A stretch of DNA of 63,804 bases, the filler included, from Bigelowiella natans CCMP2755 (lineage: Eukaryota > Protista > Cercozoa): NCBI GenBank assembly GCA_000320545.1. It is 9 parts of 9 records of this genome, joined end to end, with 100 filler letters (N's around TTAATTAATTAA, not from the genome) between each part and the next. Parts side by side here need not be neighbours in the genome. Positions count along the whole stretch, not along the records: positions 12,680 to 16,120 come from ADNK01002918.1; positions 16,221 to 28,829 come from ADNK01003265.1; 7 more parts are not named here. One strand, 5' to 3'. The notes under the pieces were generated by a model that searched no databases, was not told the DNA's origin, and worked only from the letters and a program-made list of their open reading frames with translations. Each line of letters begins with the position of its first letter. Position 1 is the first letter of the stretch. Shown in pieces: positions 12,680 to 23,885 of the stretch. Made by a program: the position numbers and the translations under genes.

Positions 12680-13072
12680 CCCTCCTCCTCCTCCTCCTCC
12701 TCCATCCGCGACAACAACGAGGATGCCAAGGGGCTAGTGGCGATGGCAACCGAGAGGGAAGGGGGGGCGATGGAGAGGAAACGTAGCGGAGACGCGAGAC
12801 GACGACTTGATGGCGGTGATAGCATTGGCCAAAGCAGCAATGTACTAGCGGGCGACCGAAAAAGGAGAACTCCTTCCTCCTCCACTTCATCATCCTCGCG
12901 CGTTAGGAGGCGGCGACCGATGCGACAGGCTCACATCCACGAGCTCTTCTCGCCGCCGCAAATGCCGTCTACCGCAAGGAGAACGCGCAGACAACCCACC
13001 TCGCGTTCCCCCCCGTCCCCGTCCCCGCGTGCACCCGTATCAATATCAGAAACCGACGAGGAGAAGGTGTAG
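12680..13072 (+). CDS. Terminal exon of an unknown protein; disordered Arg/Ser-rich tail with PIP-box-like motif
   Basis: Open frame from the contig start to TAG at 13070-13072; contains RQAHIHELF. Confidence 0.5.
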   Translation, partial: PSSSSSSSIRDNNEDAKGLVAMATEREGGAMERKRSGDARRRLDGGDSIGQSSNVLAGDRKRRTPSSSTSSSSRVRRRRPMRQAHIHELFSPPQMPSTARRTRRQPTSRSPPSPSPRAPVSISETDEEKV

Positions 13073-13803
13073 CTCATTCTGGAGAATAGTAGTCTCCATC
13101 GTTTGCTACACTGGAATGTGGGGGAGGGGGACGCATGCATTATCAGCCGTAGATGGCTAGATGGAGTACGCTGTAGTCGTTGATATTTGTCCATCGCGCA
13201 CCGTAGCATGCATTCGCAACGGCTTGCCATTTATTGTTGTGATTATCTCCGCTACATATGCCCATAGTTGCACACACAACGATAATGATACAATGAAAAG
13301 TATGTTAGATGCGAGTGTGCTTGGCACAAGTGTATTGCGTGTCTAGATGTGCGCTGTGCAGCTTGCATCGTGCACAAATAGACATGTTGGCTAGCTACTA
13401 GACTGGCAAAGCGAGCATGCATGCTGCTGCAGCTGTGATGGCAGCAAAACAAAGAGGCAAAGGAGTCTCGAGGAGCATCTACACTGGGACAAAATTAGAC
13501 CAATGGAAACAAACGCAGCAATGCATGCCAGCGTGCACCTCTCGATACCATGTAAATGTGCACAATTGATTAATCACAAAATGACAGTTTGATAAACTCT
13601 GCGTCATCATTGGCCATTTGCTGACTGCAGCGTGTGCAGTGCACGCGTCCAGCAACTGCACAGCCATCACATCAGAGGCATCTGTCGATGGTTGTTCCTC
13701 GCACTTCCAAAGTGTCTCATTTCCATCTGAACCCATTTGACTGGAACAACAAGTGCAAAACATACCAGTCAACTCGGTGGCGATGCAGCATTTCAAATTG
13801 CAA

Positions 13804-14993
13804 TTACATTGCGCATACAGTATTCTCCTTTTTCACGTGTTCGGTTCTAATGAAACTCCGCTCCTCACATTTGAACACACAATCGCATCGAACAACCTTG
13901 TGTGACTTCAGAGCATCCAACCACTCCCTCAGGTCCTCTCGAGTTTGAGCCTTAATCCGCATTTCTCTGGTTGTTAACTTTCCAAGTTCCTATGTAAAAC
14001 CCGGGATTTCGGCTAGCAATCAAAATTCAATGAGACTAGTCACAGTACCAGGATAAAGTAATTTTCCCCGCTTTCGTAGGGGACTGTGTTCATCACTGTA
14101 CTCCTTAGATCTCTGGAATGCAAAGAAACATTGTCACAATAAGAACCTGGATTTCTAACCCTAATTTAGAAATCTACATACAGTTGGCCGTTCGCTTTGT
14201 CTGACTGTTCATCTTCGAAATACTGTAATTTCTGAGAGTATTGTGGTAGTGTGAGAGGAGGAGTAGCAGAATTGGTTTCATTCTTACCCCGTCTTCCGCG
14301 AGTCGAAAGAACCGCTTCTTGTACGCTGTATTGAAGTATCCGGTCTTTTCTAAATAGCCCTCCTTCTTTCTGTTGTCCTTCGTCCTGTTGCCGGGCTATA
14401 TATTGAATTTTCGGAGACGTTATGCTAGAGTATCAGTTCAAGTCCGGAAAATACCTACCATGCTGTTTTCCACATTGACTTCAACAAAAGATTGTACTTC
14501 AGCAGCCTATCATGCGTAGGAATACTCACAGAAGCAAGGGAACAGGAAGTAGAGGGAGGCGCCGCCCAACAATGACGGAAGTACCTCAACTGGAAGTCCA
14601 ATAATTAAATCCTCGCCACTTCTCTTGCCCTGTGGTTCACGTTCTTATGTTTTACAATTGATTACATCCATTATAACGCTGGCAAACCTTCGGCACAACC
14701 ACATACACGTTGGAGCCCTTGTACTTTGCAAGAAATGTTTGTCCCTCTGTCACCCCCTGGAAATATAGCAAGATTTTTAGACCGTACGTCGATTGAATGC
14801 GTTACTTGGGTGCGCACGTCTGGTGTAGTTGTCTTCAACATTGTGACACCTAAGGAATCAACGTTGTGGCGTCATTCGAAGTTGGAATTTAAGCTGCTCG
14901 AGTGTTATCACCATGCGGTTCTACCTTGAATGAGGCCTGTTTCCCGACCATTGACGGCTCCTCACAGCCCTGAATCGTGAATTTATTTCCCAT
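13804..14993 (-). CDS. Small PH-domain protein with MGN start (possible N-myristoylation); about 9 short exons
   Basis: MGNKFTIQG...; KKEGYLEKTGYFNTAYKKRFFRLAEDG / KLQYFEDEQSDKANGQL / DLRS..NYFIL / REMRIKAQTREDLREWLDALK = canonical PH beta1-beta2 and C-terminal Trp helix; GT-AG introns. Absent from the ORF track. Confidence 0.85.
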
Positions 14994-15571
14994 CGTTCGG
15001 CTTGCCGGTGGGGATGTGGAGGAGAGATGTGTGTCTGCTGTCTCCTTGGAGTATGTGATTCAGTAACAAATCGGATTTTCATCCTGCGACAACATTTACA
15101 TGCCGACTTTATCACTCTAACGCCGGTCCAGCCGTTTCATTTTTGGGCTAACGCCATGGACGGATTACGGTAAAATACCCCAAAAACATGCGGAGCTTAT
15201 ATGCCTCGGCTACCAATCCGGATTTTTTTGCACTACTGTACCGGTACTTTAATGAGGTCGCCGATATTCCATGTCTCTTAGGTAAAACCCCCTTCGTTAC
15301 TATCTTATTGCTGACATGGACATGGGGTAGTCTGCATCTCACCGGTTCTTGCCCGAAAATCGGGCAGTGACTGATATTTCTGGTGATTGTGCGAGATATT
15401 TCGAAAGAATCTGATTTTCCGCTTGCGACAAGCCGCAGTGATCGACGCAGCTAGTGTTTATTAGAATATATCCCGATATTTCCCGACGACACCCATCGCT
15501 TCGGCAGGTCGGGCTGGGTCGGCGCGGGCACGGGGTCGGGGGGGCGGGGGGGCGGGGGAAGCGGTTGGAGG

Positions 15572-15640
15572 ATGGAAGCAGGGCAAACTGATCCCGTTAT
15601 GGTTCACCTGATAGGATATAGAGGGAGAATAAAAGAGAGG

Positions 15641-15680
<40 letters not shown>

Positions 15681-15970
15681 AGGCCATCAAATCTGAATAC
15701 CCTTTAAAGGTCGATCAATGACGCGGTGGATATTTTCCCTAGCTTTGAATCTCCTGGTAAGTCTGTAATAATTAACGGGGAGGTTGCTGGTTTGCAGTGC
15801 GACGACGCGCCAACCGCCCTTTTCTTTCGATGCTGCGGAATGATATTGTAAGCTGTGATCTATGCTTGCGTATTCACTGATATTCCTTATTCTCCTTCTT
15901 ACTCTTCTTCTTTTTTCTGAATAGCTGTACGGAGGTTTTATTGCGACTCTGACTCATGGAAAAGTTGTCT
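15572..15970 (+). CDS. Possible 5' exons of an unknown gene divergent from the PH gene
   Basis: ATG (MEAGQTDPVM) followed by several short AG/GTAAG-bounded segments; I could not build a unique reading frame. Confidence 0.3.
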
Positions 15971-16004
15971 CGGTGATTATTATACGTCCCACCAACGCAC
16001 ACAC

Positions 16005-16044
<40 letters not shown>

Positions 16045-16120
16045 ATATATATATTTATATATATATTTATATTTAATATAATATCCTCTTCCCTTCACAA
16101 ATAGCACAACAGCACAGCTA

Positions 16121-16220
16121 NNNNNNNNNNNNNNNNNNNNNNNNNNNNNNNNNNNNNNNNNNNNTTAATTAATTAANNNNNNNNNNNNNNNNNNNNNNNN
16201 NNNNNNNNNNNNNNNNNNNN
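16121..16220. other. Artificial contig linker
   Basis: N44-TTAATTAATTAA-N44. Confidence 0.98.
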
Positions 16221-16660
16221 GCAGAAGGCATTTGGACAAGCCCAGCCGGCGGGACCTTTAGTCGCCTGCGATGAATAGTTAGTATAAACACCAAAGGTAC
16301 TGTTGGTAGTAGCGCCGGGCTTGTGTGCTGCTGCTTTAGCGTTTCTTCTGCCAAGCGTAGCGCTCATAAGTATGGCATCGTCGCGAAAGAAGATCGCTCG
16401 AAACTAACCTACTTCCCCCCCCCCCCCCCCCCTCCCCCTCCCCATTCCACCCTCGCCGAGCCTCTAGTCTAGGGGGGGTTGGGCGAGGGAGCAATGATGA
16501 TGATTCCGATCCTCTAGTAGAGCGAAGGCGGTGTAGGAAGATGCCTAGGAGGGTAGTGTCAGTGTGGTGGCGGGTTTTTTGGGGAAAGATTTCGTTTTGT
16601 TGTTTTCGGCGTGATTGTCGGCTAATGTAATGACGGCGTTGGCTCATTGAATCCTGGCAG

Positions 16661-17163
16661 AATCAAGTGCTGCGCGACTTCCAGCGATGGACGTATGGAG
16701 GTCGTTCAGCCGTCGGCTTCGATTGCGAGCAACACATCTACTCGCTGTTCTATATACTAACATATACATGCACACATGTTTATAGTAAATATGATGAGGA
16801 CATATTGCCTACGCGCATGCATACATGTGTGTGTGTGTGTGATAAAGAGAATCTTCCCCAGTTCCAAGCGGAATAGATGACAACCCCCCCCCCCCTCTAC
16901 CTCAGGCAAAATTACTCCTGACCATCGCCAGCTCGTATACGCCGTCGGAGTGAGATATGGGGGATTTAGAGGATGGGAACGTGTGCGGAGGTAAGCTTCT
17001 TCCTTGGTAGATAGTAGCACGCTTTTGTGACAGGAGCAAGGGCGCGCCAATCATAGCGCTGCGGCACCGGCGGCCAGCGTACACCCCGTCGCGTTTGGGT
17101 TTTTTGTTCAGCTTGGCAGTGTGATGAGTAGGGTCATTTGCTACAACGCACATGATGAATAAT

Positions 17164-17210
<47 letters not shown>

Positions 17211-17363
17211 AATGTGTGATATAAATTATGCATCCGCCAGGGCATGGAAGAAACCGGGCATTGTAGTGAACGAGGCTGATAGGCTAAGAAACGCCCTTGC
17301 GGTAATATTTTGGATGAGAAAGAACCTCAAGATCCATCCATCTTCCTCTCTCCATCTCTCTCA

Positions 17364-17417
<54 letters not shown>

Positions 17418-18706
17418 CAGGCGGCGTCGGAGCCCTGGCTGTTACAGCGTTTGCTGGATATGTCGTTGGACGAAGTGGAGGTACAGAGCTGCATCATATG
17501 TGTAGCATAGATTTTTTTTTTGAAATTGGAAAAATGAAAAATAGTAAAAATAGTATTTAACATATGCTTCCGGCTTGCAGGCCATCGATCTTCTCTCTCT
17601 CATTCCGTATCTTGCTATTTCAAAGATATAAAATATATATATAAAAATAATATTGTTTATATTACACGAATACGTATCTAAACAGATCCGAAGACAGGAC
17701 ACTATTAGCGTGATATGTGCTGTTTCTCGCAATGCAATAGGACAGGGGATTGCATGGGGTGCGTGCTGACAAATTCTCACTACCACCCTCCTACAAGCGC
17801 ACAAGATCTATGCATGCTCTTTCCTTTCCCATGCCGAACTGTCGGCATCATCCTGATGTTTTTCGCACAGAATTCTTGCAAACTCGATGGGAGGAGATAC
17901 ACAGAAGATATTCTTCACTGAGCTTTGAGCTAGGTAGTAGTAGTAGTAGCAGCAGCAGCAGCAATAGTAGCGAGCACTTACGAATAGCAGCTAATAAAGC
18001 ATGAGCCATCGTAGACAACTTCCTCTCAGATAATACCCTTTAGATATCAGAGAGTTGGGAGTTAGTCTTGGCAGTCGTTTCCTGATCTCTGACCGTTCTT
18101 TTTTTTTTTTTGGCTCCCCCCCCCCCCCCCCCCCCCTCCCCCTCCCTCCTCCTTTCGTCAGGGACGCTTTTGAAGTGCGTCGTCGGAGGGTTCGCAGGTG
18201 GATTTTATTAGTGTTTTTTGGGGGCGTTTTGGTCGTTTTTGTTCTTGTTTTTTTTTTTTTTTCCCTCTTCCTCTCAGAGAGTGTGAATGGTTTTTGCAAC
18301 AAGTTGGGGGGTGCAATGCTGCGTGTTTGTCGTGCGTGGGCGTTCGCTGCTATTGGACTGCCAAACGCTACCGTCAATGATGCATTCATCAACGATGTAA
18401 CTTCCCTATTCCTCGCAGGCGCGAGTAGTTTCCGGTTGGACATTGTGAAGGGCTTCTTCTCAGGGCGCGACGTGGGGGTGCGTGGAACACGAAACATAGC
18501 CACTAGCACACGCGCACAAACTCGCACACTCCTCACAATGAATGCATCGAGGTGCTCTAACGTTCTCCTGCTTTTCTCTCCTTGTCCACCATCCAGGCCG
18601 CAGCCCAGGCCTTAGAGCAGGTATTGAACACCGCTGACCGCGTATGCTAGTCGTCGGCATTCCCATGTTCTTCGGATAAATTTCTTCATTTCAATTAAAT
18701 CAGTGA

Positions 18707-18747
<41 letters not shown>

Positions 18748-19079
18748 TGTTTCTGTTGTCGATGAACTAAGTTGTTGTTTTCCGTGCTTTGCAAGGTCCT
18801 CGAAGAGGCACACGGAAATGCAGCCTTCTTGGAGCGAAATGAGCGAGAGCTAGGTAGGATTTGATTTCTGTAAAGTAGCTTTCGCCCACATTTCGACGCC
18901 ATCAACTTGGACTACAGTTTTGACTGTTTATATGGCACAAATTTCAAGGAGTTACTGCTTGCACCCTTTCGTTCTCAGTTATGCCAAAATACGTTGCATC
19001 GTTTCATTTTTGCCAATTTGATGTCTCAGGTTCCTGGTTGCGGGCACAGATTCGGCATAAAACGCGACGCCGCGCGTAA
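16661..19079 (+). CDS. M1 aminopeptidase, ERAP1-like C-terminal domain (5'-partial)
   Basis: Exons KITPDHRQLVYAVGVRYGGFRGW, EADRLRNALA-AASEPWLLQRLLDMSLDE, IRRQDTISVICAVSRNAIGQGIAW, FLQTRWEEIHRRY, QALEQ-VLEEAHGNAAFLERNERELG-SWLRAQIRHKTRRRA*. Confidence 0.85.
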
Positions 19080-19199
19080 ACAAATGATGATTCGCAGACT
19101 TAATCCGTTTAGTTTTGGGGGCTTTCGTGTGGAATTCAATCTAGGAATGTTGCGCTGAGCGACGCGATGCGACCCGATCATCAGTTCATCAATGACACG

Positions 19200-20280
19200 C
19201 ACTGTGATTTCCACAAAATCAACGCATTAGGTTTGCTCTTTCATCAGTTTGACAGCTCTAGAGCTGGATTGCAGCTTTGTGAAAATCCATGCTGGCGTCA
19301 GCGGATCATTGACCCATGCAGAAACATGTGATGATGTGACCATCGTGGAAACTCATGAACCCGACAATGTGATGCATGATGATGAGCTCGAGAGAGTTCA
19401 CGTCGTCCGACGTGAGTGTCATTGGCATGCGCTGTTATGCTGGGCAATCATCTAGCATGGCCTAGATGGCGATGTCCAAATCTCTAGAATCTGGCTGCTG
19501 GGTTTGCGTGCAAGCACATGGCCACTCTCTAGCTAGCTAGCTCTACCACTCTGCTTGCTAGCTAGCACTGCTAGACTGCTAGACTGTCTCATTCTAGTGT
19601 TCACGTGTGAAGCATTTGTACACCTGCAAAGAACGCGTGCTAGTAGTCTAGCTGGCTAGTTCAGCCAGTCTAGCAGTGCAACGCAGCAATGCCATCGCAC
19701 ACTGCAACGTGCTGGCTGTCTAGCTAGCTAGCTGTGTTGTCAAGTGTGTGATGTGCAAGCAACGGCAATGACAAATCATCATGATCGCCAGCCTGCACCA
19801 GTGCGATTGTTAACTGTTGACAGCGGCACCTGCTAGCCTGCTGGCCTGCAGCCTGCGATGTGGGCAAGATAATCCAGTCCACTGCTAGCTAGCTGGCTCT
19901 CAAAGCCAGAACAAAGCTCCGCCAGAGCTGGAAAGCGACGCTGCGTGCCACTGCGCAAACTGCTGCGTTAATTGTCTAGTTGTGCCAGTCTGGCCGTGAG
20001 AATATGAGCCTGCAAACTGGCGCAACGCTGGAACGCTGCGCTGGCAGTGCTGGTGCCAGCCAGCCAGATTGTGCTGCTGCAGCATCACGCGTTCATCGTG
20101 TCACATTGCTTTTCACTTGACATCACAGGGGGGAAAGCTAGGAAGTTTCTGTGTGCACAGGGGCATCAAACAGGAAGCACAACAAGTGATCCATGATCGA
20201 GGTGGCAAGCTAGCAAGCTAGCTAAAGCTAGCAAAGGCTAGAGGGCTAGAGGGGGGTGCAACAGGGGCACGTTCGCTGGG
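19200..20280. other. TpA-depleted, CTAG-rich intergenic patch
   Basis: Hand count: about 39 TA in 1080 bp, about 33 of them in YTAR context (mostly CTAG); abundant TG/CA. Confidence 0.85.
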
Positions 20281-20289
20281 GAACTCAAC

Positions 20290-20540
20290 ATGTGAACTAT
20301 CCGAGATATCTCGAGAAATCTCGAGACGTATACCGCACTCCACCGGTTCTACCGGAATCTGCTCGGTAATGGGCAAATTTGTTCTTTGGCGACATCGATG
20401 TTCCTTGAAATCATGTCCGAATTAGACTGGGTTTCCTCCAAAAAGAGAGAGAATAAAAAACATTGGGGGGAAAAGGGAGCCCTTCCACTTTTTAACTCCT
20501 CCCCTCATCCCCCCCGAGCTCCAGAGGCGGATCTTGGAAA
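20290..20540 (+). promoter_or_regulatory. Putative COMMD6 promoter with tandem CGAGAWATCT motif
   Basis: CCGAGATATCTCGAGAAATCTCGAGAC at 20301-20327, about 220 bp upstream of the ATG, at an abrupt compositional switch. Confidence 0.45.
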
Positions 20541-20817
20541 ATGGCTGCGCACCCGTTTGCCCAGATCCCTCCAGGTTGGATTTGCAGCCGTGTTGAGCGT
20601 TAGAGCACCCATTGCGCTCGCCCGGATCTGTAACATGTGTCCCCCATCCGACTCCCTCAATCGGAAAAACCTCCCTCGTGCAGTCCTCCTCCCACAACCT
20701 CACGAGATGTGCATATCTAAGGTTTCTTTGCTGCGAATGAGATCCTAAATGAGCTGCCAGAGGAGGTCACGAAGCAGATGGTACGTGTGTGAGTGCGAAC
20801 ATGTGTCTCTGTGTGTT

Positions 20818-20856
<39 letters not shown>

Positions 20857-21781
20857 GAGAGGGGGAGAAAGAGAGAGAGAATGTGTGAGTGTGTGCGTGT
20901 GTAGAGAAAAAGGGAGAGAGAGGGGGAGGGGGGGGGGGAATGGCCTGTTTCAGAGGGATAGCGAGATAATTGTGGGAAACAGAACGCTCACAGTCCCACT
21001 CCAGGAAAATGTCAGAAATTTATGACTCACGAAATGAACAGATTAGCGATGGGCAGAAGCTCCAATCTAGGGAAAGTGAGTCGATGCCTTTAGAATGCTA
21101 TGAAAAGGTAGTAGTAGAGCACATAAGGGACTTGATCAGTGATCGCCGTGCACTGACTTGCTGTGGTTTCATTTGCAAGCTGCTGCCGGATTCGAATCGG
21201 AAGAATCTTTCCAGCGCTATCAATGCCGTTCTGTACATCATCAGGTCCTTTCCCAAACACCACTGGCGCATTGATTACTTCCCCTTACGCGTATTGATTA
21301 CTTTCACTTACGCCGTATACAAAGTAGCGTTAAACCTGAAAACCATTACATTAATCTTCTCACCAGGGAGCTCTCGAATAGCAGTACCCAAGAGCCAAAG
21401 GTGTTGCTTATGGTTTCGCTCTCTAGATCAACCCATTACTTCCCCCTTCCTTTCCTCCCTACCCCCGCTTTGTATCCAACGCGCACGTGCACACAAAGAC
21501 GTCATCGTAGCATGCAGCACTCCATGCATGGGCCTCGCACAACGGCTGTTTTCGCTGACATCGGGGCACCTTTTCTTGGCAGGCGTTGAACAAGATTCTA
21601 GAGCGCGAAACGGATCTTGCGAAGACCGTCCGAGCCCAGTTTGCCCTCTCCTTCAAGGGAGAGGTCATTGAATGATGCGTGGGGGGTTGTACTGGAAAAG
21701 TGTGCAGGGGGCGGGGGGGGGGCTGCCTCCGAATGTCGATCATATCCCTGTTCTTGTACTTGTTACATAAACATATGTACA

Positions 21782-21843
<62 letters not shown>

Positions 21844-21882
21844 TACATATCCAAAAGGAAATGGTGTATGTAGACTATCATA

Positions 21883-21915
<33 letters not shown>

Positions 21916-22814
21916 ATGAGAGAAGGAGCAATTCATCTTGATTCTCACCCATCGCGCAGCAGGACGGAGAAGACGCAAAGAAGAAGGTGACCAAGAGTCT
22001 GGCGCTTGGCAAGCTAGTGGACATCAAGTGGAAGCTGGTAGTAGCGAAAACATAGAAGTAGTGAGGTGAGCGCAGCAGAAGAAGCTGCAGGTCCTGAGAA
22101 GTTGAGGGCGGGAGGGGAAACGCTTATCAGTGTTGTGTCGATGCATGCGGTCATGGAGATATCCGGACGACTTCGTCTGACTTCATGATGATTTGTCAAG
22201 ATTTACAAACGTAATTGCAGCGACATTGATAATAACATTCACAAACATACCCCCCCCCCCCCCCCCCCCCTTCGCGTATGCCCGCTTTCTCCTCTCCGCT
22301 TTCCCCTCTCCAGGGTATGGGTATGGCATCGAGTTCCTGCGCCGCTCTCAAAGCACCATTCGTCTCTCTCGTACTGAGCATAGCAGATAAGGTGAGAGTT
22401 CTTGGGATGAAAACAGCCTCGGATAATAAGCGATAAATCAAAGCATGTGCCCGCGGAAACAACCCAAAGAGAAAAGAAACGCAGGCCGAAAAGCCGAGGA
22501 GGGGCGTGATTTTATAAGAATGATGCTGGAGGGAGATCGACGGCAGAATATGATCTCCCCTCCTCTTTCAGATGCGTATTGAATTTAGTGCGATTGAAAA
22601 GCATGAAACACAAACACATACGACACGTACGCACGCACACATAATGTATAAATCAATATTCATATTCATACATTTATGTTGTTTCGATGACTGATGTGGT
22701 GCTTTACTCTCTGTGTGCTTTTCAGAATAACACCATTAAACGCTATCCGTTGGAGCTGTCCATCGACCAATTCCATGTGATAAGAACATTATAAAAAATG
22801 TGTATGTAAATAAC

Positions 22815-22858
<44 letters not shown>

Positions 22859-22944
22859 TTTACATGCATATATTTTATGTATATGTTTTTGGAAAAATAA
22901 AACTCAAGGAAGTGCAGATGGCGGAGGATGCTTACGTGCAATGT

Positions 22945-22983
<39 letters not shown>

Positions 22984-23078
22984 ATGGGGCTGTCATTACT
23001 TATTGACTGATTGTCGCCTGCCAATAGGACTTTCGGCAAACCTTCAAAACCATGGCGACACAGATTGAGCAAGTATGA
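20541..23078 (+). CDS. COMMD6: COMM domain-containing protein 6, long form with N-terminal helical region
   Basis: MAAHPFAQIPPG-FFAANEILNELPEEVTKQM ... LGKLVDIKWKL-GMGMASSSCAALKAPFVSLVLSIADK-NNTIKRYPLELSIDQFH-DFRQTFKTMATQIEQV*, a COMMD6-type C-terminus. Confidence 0.88.
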
Positions 23079-23885
23079 TCTAGGACCAAGGATTACACCG
23101 TTCTGTGGGATGGTGGCACGCACGTTTGCGCGTCGAATGATGCTGCTTTGTACACAGCACATTGCGTGTATGCTTTTTTTCATGCGTTTTATTGTTGAAT
23201 TTACAGCAATGTTAGATCCGGTTTTAGATGCATTTCGGATGTAGTGCAGCAATCAAGTTGCAGGATTGCGTTTTTTTGACTTCTGTACCTTAGTAAGCAC
23301 CACCTATATATATGTAGAGACGTGATAACATAACTTACGTCTCTCGAGATGTATCTTTACTCACACCTACGCATAGCATGCTGACTGGCGCGCTGTACAT
23401 AATTATGTCACGCTATCTAGCTATGCTACGGCCAGCGCTAGCTCAACACATTCATACATCAATGATACATGCTTATTAAATGAGTGTTAGTGGAATAAAC
23501 TTTAATTTTGTCGCGCATGCATACTATCTAGACTATGTATGCGCACGCGCCTGCTAGCCTGCCAGCTAGCCAGCCACACGTTCGTACGTAGAGCTATCCT
23601 TTGAGTAGTGCCGTCCAAGTCGTTTATTCAGATGTGCCATTATACCATCATGTGCTACATAATATCATCTACTGCGTATACATGTGCATATTACATTATA
23701 GAGCTGTGCATGTACACGCAAGCACATCGAACAAGATCTGTCGTAGGCATATTTATAAGTACGTAACCAGCTGTTCTTTTCTGGTATTAAAAATCGCATT
23801 ACTGCTGGGCTCATTTAATATGGCGAACGTAATTCACATTCTGCTGTGCTTTTCTCATTCGCAGCAGCTGTTAATATAGCTCGCA

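Noticed and set aside
15526-15560. G-quadruplex-like G-runs
   Set aside because: Poly-G/C runs are ubiquitous in this window; no specific support.
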